DNA of 64,000 bases from a bacterium (GTDB lineage: Bacteria > UBA8248 > JACPRG01 > G963555815): contig CBDHDG010000006.1 of assembly GCA_965261595.1 (NCBI GenBank), forward strand, positions 1,472,001 to 1,536,000. The letters are read 5' to 3'. Of the stretch, positions 9,801 to 17,573 are shown in pieces. A model generated the notes under the pieces. The model saw only the letters and a program-made list of their open reading frames with translations, made no database searches and was not told the origin of the DNA. The position numbers and the translations under genes are program-made. How positions within the stretch are numbered: the stretch's first letter is position 1; each line of letters starts with the position of its first letter.

Positions 9801-10468
9801 GTCTCCACCGTCACGCTCACCTGGATCGCCGTGTCCGCCCCGGCTTCTTTCCGCGCGGTTTTGGCCGCGTTGACGGCCGCTTTGATCTGAAGCGGGTCCT
9901 GGCACGTCTCGATGAGGATGACGTCCACGCCGCCCGCGATGAGGCCGCCGCACTGAACGGTCAGGGCGTCTTCCAGGCTCTGGTAATCGATGTGGCCGAG
10001 GGTGGGCAGACGGGTCCCGGGCCCCACGGAGCCGAAGACGAACCGCCGCCGTCCGTCGCCGGCGAGGGTCTCGACGGCCTCACGGGCGATCTCCGCGCCA
10101 CGCCGGCTGAGATCGAACGCCTCGTCGGCGATGTCGAACTCCCCAAGGGTGATGGGGGAGCTTCCGAATGTGTTGGTCTTGAGGGCGTCGGCCCCCGCTT
10201 CGAGAAATTCGATGTGGATCGAGCGGATGACGTCCGGGCGGGTCCGGTTGAGGAGCTCCATGCAGTTTTCTTTGCCGAGGAAGTCTTCCTCCAGACTGAG
10301 GTCGCGGGCGTAGATCGACGTGCCCATGGCCCCGTCCAGCAGCAAGACCCGGTCGGACAAGTGGTCGAGCACGTGGACTTCGCCTCGGGGACCGGCGACG
10401 GGAAGGTCGTTTGGTCCGGCCTCCGGCGGTGCGGCAACGCCGGCGGGTTCTGAAATCGGGATCGTCAT
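6887..10468 (-). CDS. metH: Cobalamin-dependent methionine synthase
   Basis: DGAMGT, GGCCGT, IGERCNANGSK, QLPFVLQSAETMK, KGDVHDIGKNLV, RYSFGYPACP, HPEQSTSA. Confidence 0.97.
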   Translation of the reverse strand: MTIPISEPAGVAAPPEAGPNDLPVAGPRGEVHVLDHLSDRVLLLDGAMGTSIYARDLSLEEDFLGKENCMELLNRTRPDVIRSIHIEFLEAGADALKTNTFGSSPITLGEFDIADEAFDLSRRGAEIAREAVETLAGDGRRRFVFGSVGPGTRLPTLGHIDYQSLEDALTVQCGGLIAGGVDVILIETCQDPLQIKAAVNAAKTARKEAGADTAIQVSVTVETTGTLLVGAEIAVAATIIDALDVPIIGMNCGTGPQEMAEHVKWLGDSWPGKISLVPNAGLPELVDGRTHYPLEAPEMAKWMERFVEKDGIHIIGGCCGTTPAHIAALDEMLRKRARGRRPAPVQRSVHRVPSLASLYQQIPMRQENAFLSIGERCNANGSKKFRRFQEQEDWDGAVGMGREQEKEGSHALDVCTAFVGRDEVSDMTAVISRMRGAVTVPLVLDSTELPVLETALKLYGGKAVINSINFEDGEDPPAARLGLAKKFGAAVIALTIDEAGMAKTVEAKMRIALRLHDFACNRHGLPASDLLFDPLTFTICTGNEDDRKLGLWTLEAIERLHDELPECQIILGLSNISFGLKPASRHVLNSVYLDHALKRGLTSAILHASKIMPLHRIPPDELKSAEDLIFDWRSEGYDPLHSFIAHFEDRTAAKETVKERPAEVEERLKRRIIDGDRQGLEADLDEALQKHPPLDIVNIHLLDGMKVVGELFGSGQMQLPFVLQSAETMKAAVAHLEPHMERVEGRTKGTIVLATVKGDVHDIGKNLVDIILTNNGYRVINLGIKQPIASILEAARTHEADAIGMSGLLVKSTVIMRENLEEMTRQGITAPVFLGGAALTRKYVEEDCARAYESGGGVAYAPDAFGGLDLMAKVAEGTFDAHIEAARKRRARRPAPKKPDAEKTTREDILRPVALEEIRLRRAELADAVDVPDPPFWGPRLVERISLKSLVPYLNETMLFHFQWGFKKSGRSVADLKSWIGREIRPILTRMVRTVIEEKTFAPQAAYGYWKAASEGDDVVLFDETGEREAARFHLPRQTRKDGLCIADFFRDIGTGERDVIALQAVTIGQRASDTAREWFAENRYQDYLYLHGLGVETAEALAEYIHKRIRAELGFGHLDERNIHRMLKQGYRGSRYSFGYPACPNLADQRKLLDLLGAERIGIEMSEEDQLHPEQSTSAIVIHHPQAKYFSV

Positions 10469-10478
10469 GTCGAGCCGC

Positions 10479-11414
10479 CTAGGTGGATTCGGGATTTTCC
10501 CGGGCCGCCTCCCCGGCGGCGGGACGCAGACCGAGGACGTGGCAGATCGCGTACGTCAGGTCCGCCCGGTTGAGGGTGTAAAAGTGAAACTCGTTCACCC
10601 CTTCGTCCCGGAGTCGCCGGACCTGCTCGACGGCGGTCGAGGCCGCCACGAGGTTGTGGATGACGGGATCGTCGTCCAGCCCTTCAAAGAGCTTTGTCAG
10701 CCAGGGCGGGACCGTGGTCCCGCACATCGCGCTGAAGCGGACCACCTGGCTGAATTTGTGGACGGGCAGGATGCCGGGGACGATGGGGACGGTGATGCCG
10801 GCCGCGCGGACGCGGTCCAGAAAGCGGAGGTACAGGTCGGCGCCGAAGAAATATTGCGTGATGGCGCGCGTCGCGCCGGCGTCGATTTTCCGCTTCAGGT
10901 TGTCGATGTCGGCCTCCGGCCCTGCGGCCCCGGGATGGGTCTCGGGATAGGCGGCGACGCTGATCTCGAAATCCGCCACCCGCTTCAGACCGGTCACAAG
11001 CTCGGTTGCGTAGGGATACCCTCCCGGGTGCGGAATATATTCCCGGGTGTCTTCGGGCGGATCGCCGCGCAGGGCGACGATGTGACGAATCCCCAGGTCC
11101 CAATAGGCCCGGGCGACCTCATCCACCTCTTCGCGGGGAGAGCCGACGCACGTCAGGTGAGCGGCGGGGACCAGGGTGGTGTCGGTCAGGATTCGCCGCA
11201 CCGTCGCGTGGGTCCGCTCCCGGGTGCCGCCCCCGGCGCCGTAAGTGACGGAGACAAACCTCGGCCGCAGCGGCTCCAGCCGCTTGACCGAGGTCCAGAG
11301 GGTCTGTTCCATCTTCTCCGTCTTGGGCGGAAAAAACTCGAACGACACCTGAATCGGCCGGCCGGAGGATTCCGCGGACGGGATGTCGGGGAGCTGTTTC
11401 TCTGACGGCGTCAA
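10479..11414 (-). CDS. metF: 5,10-methylenetetrahydrofolate reductase
   Basis: SFEFFPPK, SVTYGAGG, AHLTC, ALRGDPP, AYPE, TQYFF, HFYTLNR; the TTG start overlaps the upstream stop codon. Confidence 0.95.
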   Translation of the reverse strand: MTPSEKQLPDIPSAESSGRPIQVSFEFFPPKTEKMEQTLWTSVKRLEPLRPRFVSVTYGAGGGTRERTHATVRRILTDTTLVPAAHLTCVGSPREEVDEVARAYWDLGIRHIVALRGDPPEDTREYIPHPGGYPYATELVTGLKRVADFEISVAAYPETHPGAAGPEADIDNLKRKIDAGATRAITQYFFGADLYLRFLDRVRAAGITVPIVPGILPVHKFSQVVRFSAMCGTTVPPWLTKLFEGLDDDPVIHNLVAASTAVEQVRRLRDEGVNEFHFYTLNRADLTYAICHVLGLRPAAGEAARENPEST

Positions 11415-12406
11415 GGGGTCACCTCTTTCAAGCGCCCGTCGGGAATCCCCTTTGCGCTTTCCATCCGTTTCGAGGGTCCCCCCGGCCGGATCGCGGTCCA
11501 GACCGAGACGGTCAGGGGATCGCCCGGCAGGTGGACGACGGCTTCCGGGCGCAGACCCGCGGCCCGGAACCACCTTTCCACTTCATCTTCGGCGAATCCC
11601 AGGCGGCGGTGGGCATGGTGTCTCCTGAGGTCTTCCAAGTCGTGGGGCGCGAAATCGGCCACCAGGAGGACGCCCCCGGGACGAAGGGCGCGCGCCGCCT
11701 CGGACAAGGCGCGGGACGGGGTGTCCGCGAAATGAAGGACCTGATGAAAAACGACGGCGTCGAAGGATTCCGACGGCAAGGGCAATTGATACATATCGCC
11801 GTGACGAACCTGGCAATGCCGCAGCCCCGACCGCTCCAGATTCATGCGGGCGAGGGCGAGCATCTCATGGGAGCGATCCATGCCGGTGGCCTTGGCGACG
11901 TGTGGGCCGAAGACCTCAATCATCCGGCCGGCGCCGGTTCCGATGTCGAGCAGGTCCTCAATTTCCCAACCAGACAGAATGTTAAGCAATACGCGTTCCA
12001 CCTCGGACTCGGGGACGTGCAAGGAGCGGATCTCGTTCCAGCGCGGGGCGTTTTCCCGGAAGTACGCGTTCGCCGCCTCGGCCCGGGCTTCCTTCACCCG
12101 CTCCAGGCGTTGGAGGTCCAGGGAGAGGGTTGAATCGCCGTCCGGGATTAACCCGATCAGCGCGCGGCCAAGCGCCGCCTCGTCCGTGTCTTGCGCGAGC
12201 CGGTAAAATACCCAGTTCCCTTCGGGAAACCGGTCCAGCAAGCCCGCGTCACATAGGAGCTTGAGGTGCCGGGAGACCCGGGGTTGGCTTTGTCCAAGAA
12301 TTTGCGCCAGCTCGGTCACGGTCAGCTCACCGTCGCCGCAAAGGGCAAGAAGACGGAGGCGGGTGGGTTCCGCGACGGCTCGCAATCTCGCCAACAGCCG
12401 TTCCAT
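11411..12406 (-). CDS. ArsR-family regulator fused to SAM-binding methyltransferase domain (SahR-like)
   Basis: AEPTRLRLL...SQPRVSRHLKLL HTH; LLDIGTGAG; HQVLH; HAHRRLGF; heads the metF-metH run; AGGAG RBS. Confidence 0.88.
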   Translation of the reverse strand: MERLLARLRAVAEPTRLRLLALCGDGELTVTELAQILGQSQPRVSRHLKLLCDAGLLDRFPEGNWVFYRLAQDTDEAALGRALIGLIPDGDSTLSLDLQRLERVKEARAEAANAYFRENAPRWNEIRSLHVPESEVERVLLNILSGWEIEDLLDIGTGAGRMIEVFGPHVAKATGMDRSHEMLALARMNLERSGLRHCQVRHGDMYQLPLPSESFDAVVFHQVLHFADTPSRALSEAARALRPGGVLLVADFAPHDLEDLRRHHAHRRLGFAEDEVERWFRAAGLRPEAVVHLPGDPLTVSVWTAIRPGGPSKRMESAKGIPDGRLKEVTP

Positions 12407-12455
12407 CAGCGCAAAGCTCCTATATGACCGGGTCGAGAAAATTAAATAATTCAAT

Positions 12456-12485
12456 ATATATACATTTCTTTATATGGCTTGTCAA
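12456..12485 (-). promoter_or_regulatory. Sigma70-type promoter (TTGACA at 12480-12485) overlapped by a 20-bp imperfect palindrome; likely SahR operator
   Basis: The minus strand reads TTGACA AGCC ATATAAAGAAATGTATATAT; 14/20 positions are self-complementary; AT-rich patch in GC-rich DNA. Confidence 0.65.
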
Positions 12486-12655
12486 CCTCTGCGGGCTTTA
12501 GACGGTTACTTCCGGTGATTTTGATGCTATTTTGAAAGGATAGGCTTGAATGATGTCCCTTCTCGGATTGAACCCAAGGGACATTGGCCGCAGCTCGGGT
12601 CATCGAGGGTCGGCGGACCCGGTGGGTCGGAATCGACTGACAGGAGGCGCTCAGC

Positions 12656-13255
12656 ATGGGCTTGAAAGGATTGATAAACAAGCTGCGTTACGGAGATGAA
12701 AACCCGGACGCGAACCCGGAGAGAAGCCAGGCCGTTTTGGATCATCGGGAGGCGCTTTTCAACGATCCGGACACCCCCTCTTACGGAAACCCGGCCGGCA
12801 AGGTGACGGTGGTCGAGTTTATCGACTACCGCTGACACTTTTGCAGGCCCCTCCGTGGGAGGCTCGCAAAGACCAAGGATGCGGACCCGGAATTGCGCGT
12901 TGTCGTCAAGGAGATCCCCATTCTGGGACCGACTTCGCTGGATGCGTCGAAGGCCGCGTTGGCGTCCATCGGGCAGGGCAAGTATTACGAGATGCATACG
13001 GCGCTTTACGGCGCGAAGGGCAAATTCGGCGGGGACGTCATCTTCCGGATTGCGGAATCGGTTGGATTGGACGTCGAGCGTTTGAAGAGCGACATGGAGG
13101 TGCCGAGGATCAAGGAGATGTACGAGCGGAACATCGAGCTGGGCAAGGCGATCGGGATCCGGGGGACTCCCGGCTTGGTCATCGGGAGCGTGGTGATCCT
13201 GGGCGCGGTGGGAAAGAAAAAGCTCAACCAGTTGATCGAGCAGGCGCGCGGCTGA
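12656..13255 (+). CDS. DsbA-family thioredoxin-fold selenoprotein (UxxC; TGA 12833-12835 read as Sec60)
   Basis: AGGAGG RBS; GNPAGKVTVVEFIDYR-TGA-HFCR is in frame with VVKEIPILG...GIRGTPG; hairpin downstream. Confidence 0.85.
12838..12871 (+). promoter_or_regulatory. Bacterial SECIS-like hairpin
   Basis: Upper stem CCTCC/GGAGG with loop GTG (G at +20 from the TGA); lower stem TTTGC/GCAAA. Confidence 0.6.
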
Positions 13256-13325
13256 GCCGACTTGACTCATACCGGGCGTGAACGGCGGACCGGGGCGGAC
13301 GTCCCAACGTTCGAGGAGACCTTCG

Positions 13326-13610
13326 ATGGCCAAGGCTGTGTGGAACGGTGTTGTTTTGGCGGAGAGTGATCGCTGCGAAACTGTAGAGGGCGTCCAACAC
13401 TTCCCGCCAGACTCCATCCACCGGGAATATTTCAGGGTGAACGACACGAAAACAACCTGTCATTGGAAGGGCGAGGCGAGTTATTACGATATTGTCGTGG
13501 GGGATCAGGTGAGCGAGGGGGCCGCCTGGCACTACCCTTCCGCAATGGACGCCGCCAAACACTTTGAGGGCTACGTCGCCTTCTGGAAGGATGTCGAGGT
13601 CGAAGCGTAA
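13326..13610 (+). CDS. DUF427 domain protein
   Basis: AVWNGVVLAESD, HFPP, TCHWKGEASYY, AAWHYP, VAFW. Confidence 0.9.
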   Translation: MAKAVWNGVVLAESDRCETVEGVQHFPPDSIHREYFRVNDTKTTCHWKGEASYYDIVVGDQVSEGAAWHYPSAMDAAKHFEGYVAFWKDVEVEA

Positions 13611-13673
13611 GACCCGCCCCCCCCCCTCCCCCCCGCCCGGGGATCGGCCTCGGACACAGAGGAAGACGCACGC

Positions 13674-14333
13674 TTGACCGAACCTATTATCGATACAATG
13701 GGCGTAGAGGACCGGTTTTCGCGGGTTTGCCGGGTCATGGGCCTTGTCGTTCTGGTCCTGGTTCTCGCCTGCGCGTTCACCCCCTTGCCCGATTTGTTGG
13801 TCAAACGGCTCGAAGCCTCGCGAGGCCTGGGGCCGGCGGACGCCATCGTCGCCCTGGGCGCGGGGGTGCAAAGCGACGATACGCTCAGCAACGCGTCCAT
13901 GCGCAGGGCGATTCACGGGATCGTTCTCTTCCGGAAGAAGCGGGCGCCGCTTCTGGCTTTCTCGGGGCCGGATGGGGGCGGGGGAGAAAGCCGGCCCGAG
14001 GCTGAGATTCGCGCCGAGCTTGCCCGCGACCTGGGTGTGCCCCCCGAAGCCATCCTGACGGATGTCCGGGCGAATACCACCCGTGAAGAGGCCCTCCGCC
14101 TGGGAGAACGCCTGCGGTCGAGAGGGGTCCGGAAAATTCTCCTGGTGACGGACCCGCTTCACATGGGGAGGGCGAAGCCGTTGTTCGAGCGGGAGGGTTT
14201 TAAAGTCATCCCCGCGCCGATCCCGAGCAGTTTGTCGGGTTCGGTCCAGCCGGAATCGAGGCTCCAGGTGATCCGCCGGCTCCTCAAGGCGGCCTTCGGG
14301 CGGGTTTATTACTTGGCGGCGGGACACATCTGA
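13674..14333 (+). CDS. YdcF/DUF218 (ElyC/SanA-like) membrane-anchored protein
   Basis: DAIVALGAG, ANTTREEA, LLVTDPLHMGRA; start codon uncertain. Confidence 0.85.
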   Translation: MTEPIIDTMGVEDRFSRVCRVMGLVVLVLVLACAFTPLPDLLVKRLEASRGLGPADAIVALGAGVQSDDTLSNASMRRAIHGIVLFRKKRAPLLAFSGPDGGGGESRPEAEIRAELARDLGVPPEAILTDVRANTTREEALRLGERLRSRGVRKILLVTDPLHMGRAKPLFEREGFKVIPAPIPSSLSGSVQPESRLQVIRRLLKAAFGRVYYLAAGHI

Positions 14334-14356
14334 AGGTTAAGGGGGGGGGACTAGGG

Positions 14357-14677
14357 ATGCCCGGGCTGTTTCTTCTGATGCTGGTCGCAATCACGTCGGT
14401 CGGGGCGTTCTGGATCGGGTGCGGGGGGTTCAGGCTTCACCGGCGGGGGATCGTCCGGGCGATGGGCGGGCTGCTTGAAGTCATGGGGATTTCGCTGATA
14501 TTTTTTGTGCTGAATCTCGTGGTCGGGATTGCCGCTGTCTTCGGCCTGCGATTTCTCACCGGGAGGTATGTATCACTCTACTTGCCGGACGACGCCCTTT
14601 TGCCCATCCTTTCCCTTTTTCAAGGACTCACTTTTTACCTGTGGCGGTGTTGGCCCGGCGGGCGGGACCCGGTTTGA
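14357..14677 (+). CDS. Small hypothetical membrane protein
   Basis: Three hydrophobic segments; follows the ydcF-like gene. Confidence 0.6.
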   Translation: MPGLFLLMLVAITSVGAFWIGCGGFRLHRRGIVRAMGGLLEVMGISLIFFVLNLVVGIAAVFGLRFLTGRYVSLYLPDDALLPILSLFQGLTFYLWRCWPGGRDPV

Positions 14678-14805
14678 CGCGCTGAAATCTGCGTTGGCCG
14701 ACGATGGCGCGCGGCCCGCCTACGGATCTCGAAGGGGAAATTCTCCGGACAATCCGGGGAGCGGGCCAACTCGAAACCAAAGTATGCGATTGGGGGAGAA
14801 TTCCG

Positions 14806-15459
14806 ATGAATACGCCCGATGCCGAGCCTAGAGCCAATATGCAGGTGATCGCCGGCGGTCCGTTGAGGGTGAACGGCCCCTTGCCGCTCGAAGACGCCCG
14901 GGGCGGATCGATCTAAACGCGGGCCGCTTATTCCCTTTGCCGATGCGGGCAGTCTTCCAATAAGCCCTTCTGTGACGGAAATCACAAGGGGGCCGAGTTC
15001 ACCGGGGAGGAGACGGCGGACAAAGGGAGAATCCAGGATCGGTGGAAGGTGTACAAAGGGAAGTCCATCACCATCTATGATGACCGCTCCGTCTGTTCTC
15101 ACGACGGCGCTTGCACCGATGACCTGCCGCACTGTTACAAACAAGGCCAGGATCCCTGGATCGTTCCCGACGCCGAGGAGGACATCGCGAAACAGATCGA
15201 TATCGTCCGGCGGTGCCCTTCCGGGGCCATCAGCTACAGCCTGGGCGATTCGGACGAAACTGTCGAAGAAGACAAGGACCCGGCTGTCACCGTCACCCGG
15301 GACGGCCCGCTGGCCGTTGTCGGTCGGGTGGAGCTGAAGTCGGCGGAAGGCGCATCCTACGAGACGCGCGCCCGCGTCGCGCTTTGCCGGTGCGGGGGGT
15401 CCAAGAACAAGCCCTTTTGCGACGGCACGCACTGGCACATCGGGTTCAAGGACGGATAG
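14806..15459 (+). pseudogene. CDGSH iron-sulfur domain protein (two CDGSH + divergent 4Fe-4S domain) with in-frame TAA at 14914-14916
   Basis: LCRCGQSSNKPFCDGNH, CSHDGAC...CPSGAI and LCRCGGSKNKPFCDGTH are all in one frame; a single TAA sits where the second repeat has GAG (E). Confidence 0.8.
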
Positions 15460-15614
15460 CCCGCTATTCCCGCAAATAATTGCGGCCATCGCGCAACGGG
15501 CGCGGTCGCCGGTCGCTGGGTGGCTTTCGGGCGAAGCTTCGGCGCGGACCGGCGCATCCGTCCGCACCGTTGGAGCGGCGCCGGCTCGCATCCGCAAACC
15601 GTAGGGGGTGGGAC

Positions 15615-16289
15615 ATGACGTTGACGGTCTACGAGGTTTTGGGACACCTTTCTTACACGCTCACCGGCCTGTCCTTTTTCATGCGCGACATTCTGCTCCT
15701 TCGGGTCCTTTCGATCGGGGCCTGTGCGGTGGGCATTGTGTACGGCTATCTGATTCCGTCGGGTCCGCTCTGGCTGGTTATCTTCTGGTTGATCCTCTTT
15801 CTCGTGATCAACGTGGGCCGGATTATCCATTTGATGCTGGAGCGCCGCGGCGTCTCTTTCAGTGAGGAAGAGCGGGAGCTTTACCGAACGGTCTTCCACC
15901 GATTCGCACCCGTCGATTTCCTGAAGCTCATCCGGCTGGGGGCATGGCGATCCGCGGCGCCGGAGGAACACCTGACGCGACAGGGCGAGGCCCTGGAGGA
16001 TCTCAAGCTGATCTACAACGGAGAGGTCGTCATCGAGCGTGACGGCGCCGAGGTCGTGCGCTCCCGGGACGGGACGCTGGTCGGCGAGATGTCCTACGTC
16101 CAGGGGGGATATGCGACGGCCACGGTGCGGGTCTTGAGGCCGACGCGCTACCTCTCGTGGCCCCGGAAAGAGCTGCGCAGGCTCCTGAAGCGGAACCCGG
16201 CGATGGACCTGGCGATGCAGACGGTGTTCAGCATGGACCTGACGCGCAAGTTGACGCAGGCTTCGGAGGAAATGGGGTCCGCGCTTTAG
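15615..16289 (+). CDS. Popeye-domain-like membrane protein with cyclic-nucleotide-binding domain
   Basis: Three TM helices (MRDILLLRVL), LYRTVF, then a CNB fold (LTRQGE, GEMSY, ATATV). Confidence 0.75.
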   Translation: MTLTVYEVLGHLSYTLTGLSFFMRDILLLRVLSIGACAVGIVYGYLIPSGPLWLVIFWLILFLVINVGRIIHLMLERRGVSFSEEERELYRTVFHRFAPVDFLKLIRLGAWRSAAPEEHLTRQGEALEDLKLIYNGEVVIERDGAEVVRSRDGTLVGEMSYVQGGYATATVRVLRPTRYLSWPRKELRRLLKRNPAMDLAMQTVFSMDLTRKLTQASEEMGSAL

Positions 16290-16339
16290 TCCGGGAGCAT
16301 GAAACCACGCCCCCCCTCTCCCCCCCCCCCCCAAAGGCG

Positions 16340-17410
16340 TCATGCCCCTTTGCTCAATCCTCCGGTGAGCTCCGGCGCGATCCGATCGGCGATCAGGTCC
16401 ACGGCGGCCAAGCGGTCTTTCCCCAGGACGTGATAGAGGATCGGCGTCTTGATCCCGGCGGCGGCGAACGCCCGCAGGCCCTCCACGCATTCCTCCGGCG
16501 TCCCGGCGACGGCCAGGGCCCGGACCACATCATCGGGAACCGCCTCGAGGGCGGCGGCGAGGCGGTTTTCACCCTCGGCTTCGCGCAGGTCCTTCTGAAG
16601 CGCGGCCATGCGGTCTACGGCAAGCCCGGCGTGGATGAACCGCGCGGTGTCGGGGATGCGCATCACGTAGTGCGCCACCAGCCCCTTCACGGCCTGGCGG
16701 GCCGCGTCCCCGTCCAGGTCCACGGCGAAGATGACGTAGCAGGCGATGTCCATCTCTTCCACCGCCCGGCCCGCCTCGGCCGCGCCCGCCCGGACGTGCT
16801 CCATGCCGTACTCGACGAAGGCGGGGGTGCAGAGGACGCTGAAGAAGATCCCGTCGGCCATTGAGGCGGCCATCTTCAGCGTCCGGGGGCCCAGCGTCCC
16901 GAAGTAGAGGGGAACCCCTGGCTTGGTAGCCCCGGGCCGCGCCGGCGGGAAATCGATCCGGACGCCGGGGGGGGGGAGGCGGAAGACCTTTCCCTCGAAT
17001 TCCACCCGCTCCCCCCTCAGAAGCCGCCGGCAGATCTCGCCGGCTTCCCTCAGCGCGGTGATGGGGCGGGGGTTTTCGATCCCGTGCGCCTTGATGGCGG
17101 ACCAGGCGGCGCCGAGCCCCAGGACGAAGCGGGGACCGGCCTGCTCCTCGAGGGTCGCGATCTCCATGGCGATCAGGGCGGGGTGGCGCGTGAACGGATT
17201 AAGAATCCCGAAGCCGATCTCGATTGTATTCGTGACGGCCGCCACAGCCGCCGCCTGGGCGATCACCCCCCGGCTGTGGTAGTTCTCAGCCAGCCAGAGT
17301 CGGCGGAACCCACGTTCCTCGACCCTCTGGGCGACGGCGCAGATCTCCTTCGTCGGAGAGATGCTGTATAGCCCGATATCGATTTGTTCGAAGGGCGCAC
17401 GATCCATCAT
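16340..17410 (-). CDS. LLM-class flavin/F420-dependent oxidoreductase (Mer-like)
   Basis: GFRRLWLAE, NPFTRHPALIA, RFVLGLGA, GPRTL..A...ADG, AGTPEEC. Confidence 0.88.
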   Translation of the reverse strand: MMDRAPFEQIDIGLYSISPTKEICAVAQRVEERGFRRLWLAENYHSRGVIAQAAAVAAVTNTIEIGFGILNPFTRHPALIAMEIATLEEQAGPRFVLGLGAAWSAIKAHGIENPRPITALREAGEICRRLLRGERVEFEGKVFRLPPPGVRIDFPPARPGATKPGVPLYFGTLGPRTLKMAASMADGIFFSVLCTPAFVEYGMEHVRAGAAEAGRAVEEMDIACYVIFAVDLDGDAARQAVKGLVAHYVMRIPDTARFIHAGLAVDRMAALQKDLREAEGENRLAAALEAVPDDVVRALAVAGTPEECVEGLRAFAAAGIKTPILYHVLGKDRLAAVDLIADRIAPELTGGLSKGA

Positions 17411-17573
17411 GATCTCCTTTCACCGCGAAGGAATGAATCCGAAATTCTGAAGCCCGGCGATTCGGACCTTCCGGGACTGGGGCGGTCCCGGATTATAATC
17501 GAAACTTCCGGCCCCATCATGCGGGCGTGGAGCGGGAGGCGCGCATTCCCGCTCCAACCGGGAGAAGGGCGGA

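Noticed and set aside
6914..10453. 1179-aa plus-strand ORF and other long antisense ORFs (e.g. 45066-48329, 48076-50940, 34668-36569)
   Set aside because: These are shadows of real genes on the opposite strand in GC-rich DNA, with no recognisable motifs
14914..14916. Stop-codon recoding in the CDGSH gene, or an alternative genetic code
   Set aside because: It is a TAA at a Glu position; TAA, TAG and TGA all end normal genes throughout the window
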